Positions 39,801 through 50,141 of a DNA stretch of 64,000 bases are shown here, in pieces. Within the stretch, counting starts at the first letter, position 1, and each line of letters begins with the position of its first letter. Where the stretch lies: NCBI GenBank assembly GCA_002633005.1, contig NMRA01000461.1, positions 1-64,000 on the forward strand. Reading direction: 5' to 3'. The notes beneath the pieces were generated by a model that saw only the letters and a program-made list of their open reading frames with translations, made no database searches and was not told the origin of the DNA. Origin of the DNA: Phoronis australis (lineage: Eukaryota; Animalia; Phoronida). The position numbers were made by a program, and so were the translations under genes.

Positions 39801-40821
39801 CTCTCAAAAAATGTTAATGTAAACTCATATATGTATCTGTGTTCTTTTTGCAGCGAAGTCCCAGAATCAATTGCATATTTGTTCTGAGAGTGTAGATATG
39901 ATAAAATTGTGTGGAACAAATTACTATTTTGGCTCGAGCAGATTTTTCACAGCAATGTAATTTTTTTCGTGAAAGAGGTTGTGTTAGGTTTTGGAAGTTT
40001 ATGTGTACGTTTGTTTGAATATAAAATAACATATTTTGCTTAACGAAAACGATTATAGGCATACCTATTTTTGATAACGTTCGGGTTTACAACATAGATT
40101 ATAACTGTAAATTTTTGATTTGGAGCGACACATAACTAAGTGGAGATATTTCGTATGTTTGATTACATGTAGATTCTCTGTCATATCGTATTTTTGTTAT
40201 CGTGACTAAGTGTACTTGCTTTGCAAACTATATGTTTTGTCTGAAAAAATATAATAAAATAAAAAACGCTTTTGAAAATTGTATGACGACATTTACATCT
40301 CCGTAATTTATTTCTTTAATTGACAGGGTCACCGTGTTGTCTTACGTTTGCGTATGACATGTACGGTTCCGGTATGGGGTCACTAAGTGTTCGCCTCGAA
40401 GATGATAGTGGACGTATGGGATCTCCCATCTGGTTGAAACAAGGGGACCAAGGGAACGTCTGGCATTTGGCGAAGGTCCACGTGAATGGAACAGGTGTCT
40501 CTCAGGTACATTTTATATGTGTTTCATGAGCTGCAATAAAAGAACACTGAAAAACGCGTCCAGTAGCTACGCGTAGGCTGCTTTCCGTAAACNGGGAGGG
40601 AGGGAGGGAGGGAGGGAGGGAGGGGCATGGAGGGCAGGAGGGATGGAAAAAAATAACACACAGTGTGGGTGACACTGGCTCAGAATTCTCAATCAATTTG
40701 TAACATTACAAGTGCTACACATTCGTTTCAGGTGGTGTTCGAAGCTCGTAGAGGGAAATCATTCATGTCTGACATTGGACTGGACTTCATCCAAGTCTAC
40801 CCGGAATCTGTCTGCCCATGA
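15044..40821 (+). CDS. Secreted astacin (M12A) zinc metalloprotease: signal peptide, prodomain, astacin, EGF, CUB, MAM (complete, about 640 aa; 667 aa with the optional 20195 exon)
   Basis: 13 GT-AG exons sum to 1923 nt in one frame from ATG to TGA. Zinc motif [19 protein letters not shown], Met-turn SIMHY, prodomain GDILLT, KRR furin-type site, EGF cysteines, CUB (CGG...[10 protein letters not shown]...YCG), MAM (CDFE...TGPDHA...[10 protein letters not shown]...DIGLD). Confidence 0.92.
15254..15710 (-). mobile_element. 5'-truncated CR1/L2-group LINE 3' end (decayed)
   Basis: Translation ARFGCSMHK...G.WH...[19 protein letters not shown] matches the C-terminal ERxCxxC...EDExH motif; ends in a TGATTC short-repeat tail. 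Confidence 0.65.
16057..16263. mobile_element. PIF/Harbinger-type MITE (intact copy)
   Basis: TIR GGACCCGTTC..AAACTGACTTA / TAAGTCAGTTT..GGAACAGGTCC; 3-bp TSD CTG/CTG. Confidence 0.75.
16560..19200 (+). mobile_element. Heavily decayed L1/Tx1-type LINE ORF2 relic
   Basis: Fragments KGLILRS..., [11 protein letters not shown] (~17650), [10 protein letters not shown]...VLSKVLAYQLK (~17810-17880) resemble the pre-RT and RT motifs 0-2; boundaries approximate. Confidence 0.6.
17918..18481. mobile_element. Kolobok-like non-autonomous DNA element inserted in the L1 relic
   Basis: TTAA on both sides (17914-17917, 18482-18485); TIR AGTGGCATAGCACGTGAAAA versus AGAGGCATGGACCGCGAAAA. Confidence 0.55.
20195..20275 (+). 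CDS. Probable prodomain exon ([27 protein letters not shown])
   Basis: CTAAC branch point and ttacag acceptor, 81 nt, phase 0-0, open; donor GTTGGC is weaker. Confidence 0.55.
21008..21112 (+). CDS. Astacin prodomain exon (KYGPTG...[16 protein letters not shown])
   Basis: tttgcag acceptor, GTAAGC donor; contains the astacin prodomain F/Y-x-G-D-I motif. Confidence 0.85.
21892..21983. repeat. (GT)n microsatellite
   Basis: Directly visible. Confidence 0.98.
22164..22372 (+). CDS. Astacin exon: KRR activation site and start of the catalytic domain (LWPNGVIPW)
   Basis: tttcag acceptor; [17 protein letters not shown]...WQNLTCLRF; phase 0 to 2. Confidence 0.92.
22813..22894 (+). CDS. Astacin exon (GCSSYVG...SCLW)
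   Basis: Conserved GCxSxVG motif; AG/GT boundaries, 82 nt. Confidence 0.92.
24714..24811. repeat. (TA)n microsatellite
   Basis: Directly visible. Confidence 0.98.
25093..25290 (+). CDS. Astacin exon with zinc-binding HExxHxxGxxH and Met-turn
   Basis: [24 protein letters not shown]...[12 protein letters not shown]|GTAAGT. Confidence 0.96.
26864..26990 (+). CDS. Astacin exon: end of catalytic domain ([10 protein letters not shown]...[20 protein letters not shown])
   Basis: Typical FSxNGxPTI and GxRxGLxxxD...YxC motifs; phase 0 to 1. Confidence 0.93.
27460..28148. other. Tandem ~340-bp duplication across a single N (probable assembly overlap of two alleles)
   Basis: 27460-27796 is nearly identical to 27798-28148; N at 27797; one small indel differs. 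Confidence 0.8.
28161..28506. mobile_element. Hairpin/foldback MITE
   Basis: ATACTGCCAACCCAAGCAGACGACATGTTGGATC is mirrored at 28473-28506; inner arm TGAAGCTGTGAGCACATGAATGGAG / CTCCGTTCATGTGTTCACAGCTTCA. Confidence 0.8.
30148..30270 (+). CDS. EGF-like exon ([10 protein letters not shown]...[13 protein letters not shown])
   Basis: Six-cysteine EGF pattern, phase 1-1, AG/GT. Confidence 0.9.
31502..31620 (+). CDS. CUB domain exon 1 (CGGVYEL...[18 protein letters not shown])
   Basis: CUB signature; phase 1 to 0. Confidence 0.92.
32957..33081 (+). CDS. CUB domain exon 2 ([18 protein letters not shown]...CDHFVQI)
   Basis: LxFxDFxV CUB strand; ttttag / GTAAGG; phase 0 to 2. Confidence 0.9.
33815..34073 (+). 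CDS. End of CUB, Pro-rich linker, start of MAM (YCG...GFKFT...[10 protein letters not shown])
   Basis: Lies within ORF 33789..34307; acag / GTAAGG. Confidence 0.92.
36593..36722 (+). CDS. MAM exon ([24 protein letters not shown]...ARL)
   Basis: MAM motifs TGPxxxH and ExS...A.L; ttgtag / GTGAGA. Confidence 0.92.
38500..40264 (+). mobile_element. 5'-truncated, internally deleted L1/Tx1-type LINE with TSD
   Basis: [33 protein letters not shown]...[11 protein letters not shown]-terminal CSFC...PESIAYLF; A-rich tail; 15-bp TSD AACGCTTTTGAAAAT at 38485-38499 and 40265-40279. Confidence 0.85.
40327..40505 (+). CDS. MAM exon ([18 protein letters not shown]...GDQGNVW)
   Basis: MAM signature; phase 1 to 0. 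Confidence 0.93.
40594..40622. repeat. (GGGA)n microsatellite
   Basis: Directly visible in the last astacin intron. Confidence 0.9.
40732..40821 (+). CDS. Last exon: end of MAM ([29 protein letters not shown])
   Basis: MAM FE...G...DIxLD motif; stop TGA at 40819-40821. Confidence 0.92.
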   Translation: MVFEARRGKSFMSDIGLDFIQVYPESVCP

Positions 40822-41045
40822 GAGACTTGTATAATGGAGAAAGGGATACATGAGTTCGTTAAGTCTACGAGCAAATGGCAATTTAAAATGCACAGGGTGT
40901 TACCATATTAGGTCACGGTACTTGCCACGCACACCAGAAGATTTTGATGTAAATTGCACTTTCTTGTTTAACGTTTATTACGATATCCTCAGTACAATGA
41001 ATGTACATTGGCCAGAAAGCGCCAAGAAGCATTGTATAAGGGTTG

Positions 41046-41051
41046 AATAAA
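41046..41051 (+). terminator. Candidate polyadenylation signal of the astacin gene
   Basis: AATAAA about 225 nt after the stop codon. Confidence 0.45.
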
Positions 41052-41349
41052 TACAGGAAATCTAGATACAGTTATGATGCACAAATACCAAAATTAAAAA
41101 AAAATGATGTAAACATTACAATGACATATGATCACAAATGCAAATACATAACTTTCATACACAATAAGTTATTTTACATATATACAATTCTATCCATGCA
41201 CAAAAAAAATTAACATTAAAAAGAAATGTTGATACTATTTCGAATAAAAACATATTTTCATCTGGGTTGAGTTCTTTACATACAAATACAAATATTTTAT
41301 TATACATTTGAGGAATATCAGAATATTTTTGTAAACATTGGGGTATTGT

Positions 41350-42910
41350 TCGAGTGCCTGGAAAAGCTATACCCTCTACTACCCGCCTACCTCACAAGGA
41401 TAGAAATCACGAGCATTTTTCTGAAGGTCTCCACAGGAACACAGAGATGAAATATTAGTGAAATTATGTCTAAATTTCTCGTTCTTTAGGAATAGACTGC
41501 ATCTTGCAAATTACACTTCATGCTGGCTAAGTCATCAACGTCACGTCGTTGCATTTAACTTTTGAACTTGGGCGGACATCTTGAGTTGTCACCGTTGTCT
41601 TTAAATCCTTCTAATTACAGCAAAGATATTTGGAGCCAAGATTTGTTTCCCACACGAAACTTCATTTGTTAACATAAACATAAACAAGCCATTTCTGTTA
41701 CTGATGCACCACTGTGCATATATACATGTATATCATGGGCATTTTTAATTTCAACAATGTCGATCTCCATCACCTTTGACGTGAGAAAATGCCACCCCAC
41801 TACATAGATTATCCGCCAGGGTCGCTGTTCTTGTATTAGGGCAAACTGGCATTACTCCCTTCCCTTGTGTTAACAGAACGAAGAAACAGTAGGGCATTTC
41901 GATTTGTTGGAAAATCATTCAGCCATTCCGATTGGTTAATATTGAAAAATGAATCACCATCAACGACCCTCATGTGGAGAAAGATGCTTTTGTGCATCTA
42001 GCTTGTGGAGTTGCAACCACACGAATGGATGGAATGAATGCATTGCACACAAACTCACGTTTTTTGACACATATAAGTCTTAATGCGTCAAACAAAATAA
42101 CAAAACTATCTCGTCCATTCTTCCGGCGCCTTCCTGTACCACATCCGTATGACAATCATCTGTACCAACGCATGCCCACCGTTGTCCAAACACGCAATTT
42201 GCGTGTGTCGTTCCCCACTTCTGAAGAAGTCTGCATTGCCGTGCAAGTGGCGTTGTGTTAGAGAGTTTCATCGCATTTGACAACGATATTGTTTGCAAAT
42301 GAAGAAACATGAAGGCAGAAATTGTAATTGTTTTATTATTTTCTCTCTTTGCAAGGATTAAAGTCATGTACGGCCTCCATAGCTGACCCTCCATGCTAGA
42401 ATGACACTTATCACAACGTGACTTCGATGGCACGCACAATTTCCAAGAAATCCCATGGCGTTTAGATGGGGGAAAGGACGGCCACCGTCGGATTCGCACT
42501 GCACGATTTGAGTTAATAAATAGCTCTTACTGAATAAAGATTGCGTTATTTCAGCTCACAAGCTTGATCTCACATGCAAACTTGTTGGTCAATAAGTCTG
42601 GACTCGGCTCGAATGAGACAACTCTGTTTTAGACAAAAACGTTGCATACATAACGTAAAATTGCCGTGAGGACTTGACAGGGACCTCAGGGATCTCACAG
42701 TCCACATTATTTTGAAAACGCTTTTCCCAGTCACACATTTTATGTCATAAAAGAGATACATGTAAGCATATGCCAGCAGCTGACGCAGCAAGTATAACTA
42801 CTCTCCTTTATCACATTGGTGTAGACTCACAGTTGAACTCTGATTTTCTGTAGACCCCAGACCGTCCCGAGTTGCACCATATACCAACTCCGAACGGTCT
42901 CTCACGACGA
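41350..42910 (-). pseudogene. Highly decayed transposon ORF, SWIM and YqaJ-exonuclease-like (ISL2EU-type accessory gene)
   Basis: Ordered remnants on the minus strand: GVYRKSE (~42860), HSSMEGQLW (~42390), AMKLSNTTPL...THANC (~42270-42195), DIVEIK-CP (~41760-41737); many stops and frameshifts. Confidence 0.35.
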
Positions 42911-44059
42911 TTAAGCGTTATGTACATGCGCATGTACGAAAATTCTTTGCCTTGGCTATTTGCAGTGTCATAGAAACAGAGTAGCGTTTACGTTGCCGTA
43001 ACTAAGAGTAATCTGTTTACTATATTAACACTTTGTGAGCGCCACGTTTAGCATTAATCATCGGGTACCCGTCCAACACTTAAAAATTGATAAAGAAACT
43101 GATTGCTCGCGACCTACTTTTCTTCCTGTTTTCATAATCTGGAGCATTTCGGCAGCCTGAATGGACCGCCTTTTGTTATATAGTATTATTGTAAGTTGCA
43201 TGCAACCGCTGGCCGTGGGGTAAAAAAAGTCAGTGTTATGGATCTTTATTCTTTTTTGAGATCTTGAAATAGTAGCTTACGATTGAGAAGGTCATAAGAG
43301 ACGACAATATCACTAGAGAACTATTTTCATTGGACTAGTTGTAAGGTTTTGGAAATATAGTTTCGTGTTTCGTACGTGACGTGAAACAGAATGGTCGTAC
43401 TAAATGGACCTGGTTTTTCAAACACCAAAACCAGCAAAAACCGTTGATTGCCACCTTAATTCATTAGTTATCAGCAAAAACTCGTTCCATGAGCGGCCCC
43501 TGGTCTCTGGTTCCTACACCTATGATTGTAAAGAGGATTCCGTTCCGGAGTATTTACTAGTTTTGGTTCTCTGCCTTTGATTATATTTTATTTAGCGAAA
43601 GAAGGCCCCATTTTCTAAGATGGTAGGTTTGGTGGATACGAAATGTTCCAGAAGTGAACTAGAAAGTATACTAGCCTACTTTATCCACGATAATTTATTT
43701 CAATTTCATAGAACAGACCTCTAGTATACACAATATAAGTAAAAGTTGTGCGTACAATTCCCACGTTTATACAAACGCACCAAACGTCTTGCAAGGTTCG
43801 CAATGACTGCGCGACTCGCGAGATTCTTTGCTAATTGGGGTCCGACCCCAACCGAAGGTCAAGCAGCAGCCAATAACACCACGTGTTTCGCAATTGTGAG
43901 ATTGTGAACCTGGTCAGATTTCCGGAGCTTCCATATAAATATAATAATGTCATTACTCCATTCTTTACATATATCGGGTATACTTGAGGTATCCTCTAGC
44001 AGATCGAAATAGGGTTCCTTGACTCCATCTTGCTCTGTTGCTTTGGGCTGATAGTGTGG

Positions 44060-44600
44060 CCAGATGTAGTTTTATGCGCCCACACACCCATATGTGGGTG
44101 CGTACTGTTGCCATCTCTGTCTGGGCGTCCGTCCGTTCAAAGTTCGTTGATATATCTCCTAAACCACTTGCAGAAACTTACATGTAATGAGATTTTGCAT
44201 GCTATTTTTTCTGACGCTGATGGCAGATGACAACACATTTCGAGTCCACCCTAGTAGAACTGTGACTTTCTAATGGAAATTTTAGTTTCAGGTATTTTGG
44301 TAACTAACACTGAAGGTTTTTCAAAATGAGTCATTTTAAGTGGTGCTAGAGGTAACTTCAACATGCAAAAGCAGAAGTTCTCCCACCATACTGTATGACC
44401 CTGTTGTACATGCACCCCTGGTGCTTGCAACATATAATGATAGTGCTTTAACCCTGTCAATTTTGCCGGTGCTTCGGGAGTGGAAGCCAATCTATAATTT
44501 GCTAAAGCTTCGTCATATGTACAGTGTACATGAGCAGTCACGACAAGGAATGCAGCACTATGTGGGGGTCCATAAAGCCGCCCTCTAGACTCTCTTCCCA
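44060..44600 (+). mobile_element. HINE/DINE-1-like repeat
   Basis: T-run, then hairpin CGCCCACAC..GTGGGTGCG, then CTGTCTGGGCGTCCGTCCGT tract. Confidence 0.5.
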
Positions 44601-47600
44601 CCCTCCAAAGTCACCTTTCTACCGCTTAAAATAACTCTCCGCCTTTCCTCTGTTGCCGTGATTTTGAAAGACATCGTAATTTCTTTCATGCTTAATCGGA
44701 CCCTTCAACTGACTTTCATGGCATGTTCGGTATGATGAACGTTTGTATTAATTGCATTTTTAGTTAAAGGAAATTAACGAAATGTCCTTTACATCACGAA
44801 AAAGGGAACCATATTGGTCAGAAACACCTTTCAAAATGCATTGCTCCACCTTTATGAAGGGAAGAAATCTCATGACAGTCGTGCGATTAATCTGAAGTTT
44901 GTGTAAATAATAGGCCATAATGCTACTGGACTAAATAATTGTCGACATTAGCCATATCTGGAGCAGTTCAAACCAAGAAATTGAGCAGAGTAACACGAGG
45001 ATTTATGTAATTGTCATCAAATGTTTGTAATAATCAAGGTTGATTACACTGAACGGTGTTTTTCAAAAGAAGAAAGAACGCTGTTTTGGACGACTTGCAC
45101 TACGTTTGGATTAAATGTAAGTTAAAATTAAAACAATGCATCATGAATCTTGTTGTTCAATGTCTTAGATACTGGAACTTGTATCTAACGATTTAAATGA
45201 GCTACATGTATTAGTTAACTGCGGGAAATACCGCCTATCAGAACCCGTCTTTCGTGAAAACGAGCATGTGATAATACAAGTCTTGAGTGAAATTGCCAGA
45301 ACAAGGTTCAACATCCTTCAACTACCTGATATTGTGTTACAGGAGTACCAGGCCCATAGTCAGCATTTCGCGGAGGATGGATCGAATTTCTAAAACGGTG
45401 TATATTTAATCATAGATGACATACGCCGGCGAAGCTATCTTCCTGGATTAACTCTGCCAAAATTCCGAACAAGGTGCTTTTGCGAATGAGTGATTATACT
45501 CCATCACATATTCGGACGTAAGTATTTAGTCAGAGAATGACTTGAATAATCTTTTTTCAGGTTAGCCACATGAATGTTGCTCATAGCGTTGAAATTGGGA
45601 ACTACTCCGGAGGCTCACCACCCCGAAAATGTATAAAATTTCGGACTGAGGTGTGATTTTTATACTTCAAAATTCAAAAATACACAATGCACATTTCGGT
45701 TTAGATACAGTGAGTAAAGAGGTTTATCGATAACAACGCCCGGATGTTAATATACATGTATTTTAACTGTTTGGGTTTCTTGCGCATTCGAAAGGGGACT
45801 CCAAAGCATTTTCATGAATACCGAAAATGAAGCGTAATTGAAATTTTGAAAAAAGACATGGAGAATAGGATTAGGGATATTGATGAATTAACACCCACTA
45901 AACGTTAACCAATATTAATACCATACCATGGTGTAAGTATAACGGATCTAGTCTTCTGCCATCATAGCTTTGGCCTATGACGTCACCAGTGGCATAAATG
46001 ACAGCCAATAAGCCAAGTTAATGCCAGCACTATAGTCACTCCGTATACATGCACTTTCCATGGACGAGGTCTGTGGTCTTACGCACAAGCCCTGACGTCA
46101 TTTACTGGCAACACGTGGCCGATTATCAAGTATTACTTCCGGCAAGAACGTCGTACGTTAATCATGGTCAGCTGTTGTGTCGTTACAATACACTAACCAG
46201 AAACTGAAATAGGTAATTTAGGACAGTGGTCCCTCCTCTAGGATAGTACACAAGAAATTGCGGAGTTGCGAATGTATTGTCTATAATCTCTTAGGCCAGC
46301 TCACGAGTTTACCTCTAAGTAAAAGTTGCAATTATTGGGGTGAGACACAAATAGTAAAGCGTTGATCTTGAAGTGAATAAGACAATTCTCTTGACGAGCA
46401 GTTATATTTACCTTATTGCTTCTACAGATCAGTGTCTTCACGCCATCATAATATTCGCGTTTGCAGTCTAAAATTTGATGTTCAATTCAAGAGTGGTATG
46501 AATGACCCTAAAGCCTACAGTTCCGAAACGAATTTCCAACCCGTTTAAGGATCGGTTCTACAAATGATTAAACCTACGTGTATAGCGGAACTTGTTTTTG
46601 TTCTTAATATAAAAACAATAGGTCTCCTGGCAAGAAAAGTTTTGGCCTTGTCTGTTTCAAAATATGACCATGTCTATGGTAGACTGTCAATTTGCAGGTG
46701 ATGTATACCTGAAAACAATCATTTCTTACAATTTGAATAGATTAGTCGGCACTGTCTTAAATGTATGCAGCTGTTTATTTGCATTATTTACTGTCTGTTG
46801 TTTATAAGAGAGCTGTGCCTGTAAAACTTGGAAGTTTTGTGTTCCGAACAAGATTTACTTGGATGCATTTTCGGCTTCTGGTAAGATTGACACTTCTCAA
46901 TATGCTTACTTTTTCAGATGTTGAGATTAACTGTTGGATTATAGTTCATCATTGGCTAGACAATCTAGAGACAGGCTCTACTGACATTTCCTACATTGGG
47001 ATATATTGAGGAAACAAAGTAACCAGTCAAACCACAGATTTCAGGGATTCGAAGTATTGTGTTGCAGGTAATCACATTTTCTTTTAGGAACTGGTGCATT
47101 TTGATGAGTAGTTTATATAGTTTATTATTTTGGCATCTCCAAACCGGGAAGAAGATCTCTGAATTGATTTCTCGTTTTCGAGAGCTTTTGGTGATATAGC
47201 GGTGACGTAATGAAACCAAGTGTGTCGCAATTTGGTGACGTACTGTTGTACAGGTTGAAAACATGCAGTTCTACCTAGTTAAGTTGTGACTTAGATGAAG
47301 ATTTAAGTCAATTAAATTTTACAGGAATGCTTTTGATTGACAAGCCCAGCATTCAAAGAATTGATGCACAATGTTTGATGCCATCCTAGAACAAAAAAAT
47401 AGCGTTATTATCAACTCAGTCAGGGTAGGTTAGAAAATTCTGTAATTGAAAGTCGCATATGATTTCATGCTCCAATACAGGGTAGTATTTCTACATATTT
47501 CTCCGGTATTTCTGGTGTTCAATGGAAGAAGTGTTTATCATCCGGTGTCCGGGTGACTGTCAATGGCAAGTTACGCCAGTCAATAGACAGTATAAGACAA

Positions 47601-49169
47601 ACCTGTAGATGAAATAGGATGGATGTCACGTGTCCTACAACAAGTGGTGATACCATGACCTTTGATGACCCTGCTGGTCAAGCTGGAGACGTTGTTGAAG
47701 TCACAATGAAAGGTGCTTCAACTTTAGTGAGTGAAAGGCAGTTTTATTTTGTGTAATAATTATTTAAATTTGTCAATACCACACGATTAAATATTGGGAA
47801 GGTTATCAAAAGTAAAGGTGCGTCACATCAAGTGTTGTACATGTATGGTGCGACTGTGGTTCATCCAGTCTTGCACAGATGGCCTCAATTCCTACTATTT
47901 TTCAACCAATTGTATTCATACCTCCAGCTGAATAGATGCATGATCTGTACTTATATTCACAATATTTATATGTACAACATTGTGAGCAAGTATATTGGTG
48001 TTTGAATATTTGGATCACATTTGTGATAAACCCTGATATCGTTCTTGGTGCATCTAGAAACATTAGTAAAACAGAGTCAAGTGACAGCCAGTATTTTGTC
48101 AGAGCGTCATTGTCAACTAGGCCATTGTGTTTTCGTTCTCATAATAAATGTCTGAATGATGTCACACCTTGCTAAATCAGTGCTTGGAATGTTCCTCTTT
48201 TAAGAGGAATTCCACTTTATTGGTTTCAATTTCCTCTTATTTGATTTCCAGTTTTCTCACTTTTCGTCTCTTTTTTTCACAATTTTGACTTTGTTCATGC
48301 AAAAACGTTAATTTCAATTAAATTTTACGTCACGGTACATATTCGTGCCCCACAATCCTATTTATTTGTGGAATGACACATCACCAGGGAAATTTTCCGC
48401 CTTTTATGTCATTGGTAATTCCAAACCCTGCTAAATGAATAGTCACAAGGCTGGTGCATTGTTATGCAAATAATTCTGTTAACAGCAAAAATGACTGACA
48501 ACAACTAGTTGGATGTCAGCATTCCAATCACTTAATGGCTTATCGATGAGAAATTTCCTGTTGCCTCATCTTAATTATCTGTTATTAGAGAAGACAGCTC
48601 TAGTGAGGTGTTCAGCTTGACAGGGAACTATGGGTCATTTTGTCTGAATACAGTTGGCTTGTATTACACATACATGTATACATGTATATTAACCATTTAT
48701 TGCTCTCTCCATAGCAATTTCTGTAAAAAAAAATCATATCAAGCCATAGCACTGAAAAAAGTGACAAATTTTGTTTAAGGGTCAAAATGCATTGCATGTA
48801 ATAGACAATTAGAGGCTCTTAAATTAAGTGAGTAATAACCGTGAGCGTTGTTATACTCCTTTCGCCCTGTCGAACAAGCCTTATGATATGGGACTCTTTC
48901 GACAAAAGAGACTGCCAGAAAAAGCCAAAGCAAAAATTGGCACGAATGCAGAAAACACGTAGGATTTCCAAAAATAATTTCGAGTTCGTTTCTAGTACAA
49001 ACATTAGATTCTGGTCCTTAGTCTTGCAAAGACAGATGTTGTTTTATGAAAGTCATGAATGTTGGGATCATTGGGCTAACGTCAACTGACCTCGGTTCCC
49101 TCTTTGGAATGACACCACATGTTGCACGATGTAACAACGTTGTCATGTGTAAAAGGTGGACTGCCTTAA

Positions 49170-50141
49170 AGTGTACGCAACATGACTCTAGTACCTCAAA
49201 ATAAATTTTATTATTTTATCTTACTTGATTTCAGTGCCTTTAGTGCACAGCTCATAAAGAAACAAAAAAATAAAAATTGAAAAAAATAATAATTATGTAC
49301 AACGTCATGGGTTGAACCCAAGTCGTTCGGCACACTGTTCGGATTAGCAACTAAGTGTATAGAGTGAATTGAAAGTAAAGCATATTTAGCGTCGAGAAGG
49401 TTCGTAAAGGGATGAAAAGATGTATTTGCGGAGGCTGCAGCTACAGCAGTCACACGGAGAACGTCTCGGTGTTCCGAAGGACGCCTAAGTTGCGCAGTAG
49501 TGGCATCGCTTCGTGCGCCGAACGAGAGTGTGGGACCTAGCTCAGCGTGGACCAAGAGATTCTGTCCGGGGCCATTCTGTGTTCTGCCCACTTTGAGGAG
49601 TCGTGTTTCGACTCCAATCAGAGGAGATGTTACGATGAAGGCCTGGTTCAACAAAGGACAATATTTACTATTCAGAAACATCGGCTCTTTATTCAGGATC
49701 GTCTGTTGGATGACTGGGTTGACTGGCCGAGCCCGAGGCCGCTTCTCTCGCGGGAGGATCCAGTTCGTAAGGCCTCAAAGTAGAAAAGTACGCAGCTGAA
49801 AACATCTCAAACTCTTTCTCGCTTTCGTGCAACCCCATTTCGTCATCCTGGCCACCATTCTCGCACGTTTTTTCATAGTATTTGTTCATTTCTTGCTCAT
49901 AATCGTTGTCGCTTTCAAATTCCCAACTCTCCGCCGTTGTTCAATGCTAGTCGCTGATCTCTTGTGTTCAACCCATGATGTCACATGGCGGGAAATGTGA
50001 AAATTGGCAAAATTGAAAGAGAAATCAAAATTTCGAGCTAATGACACAAAATAATCATGGATTTGGATAAATTTTACGTCATACATTTAGTCTGTGGCCA
50101 CCGGTAATTCGAAATGTGCAAAAATCCATGGTGTGTACTGT
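49170..50141 (+). mobile_element. Kolobok-like non-autonomous element carrying a decayed THAP domain
   Basis: TTAA flanks (49166-49169, 50142-50145); TIR AGTGTACGCAACATG versus ACAGTACACACCATG; internal MKRCICGGC...FP...W...LCSAHFEESCFD with frameshifts. Confidence 0.6.
49412..49700 (+). pseudogene. THAP (C2CH zinc-finger) domain remnant
   Basis: CxxxxC at the start, CSAHFEESCF at about 49577-49610; frameshifted between them. Confidence 0.75.
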
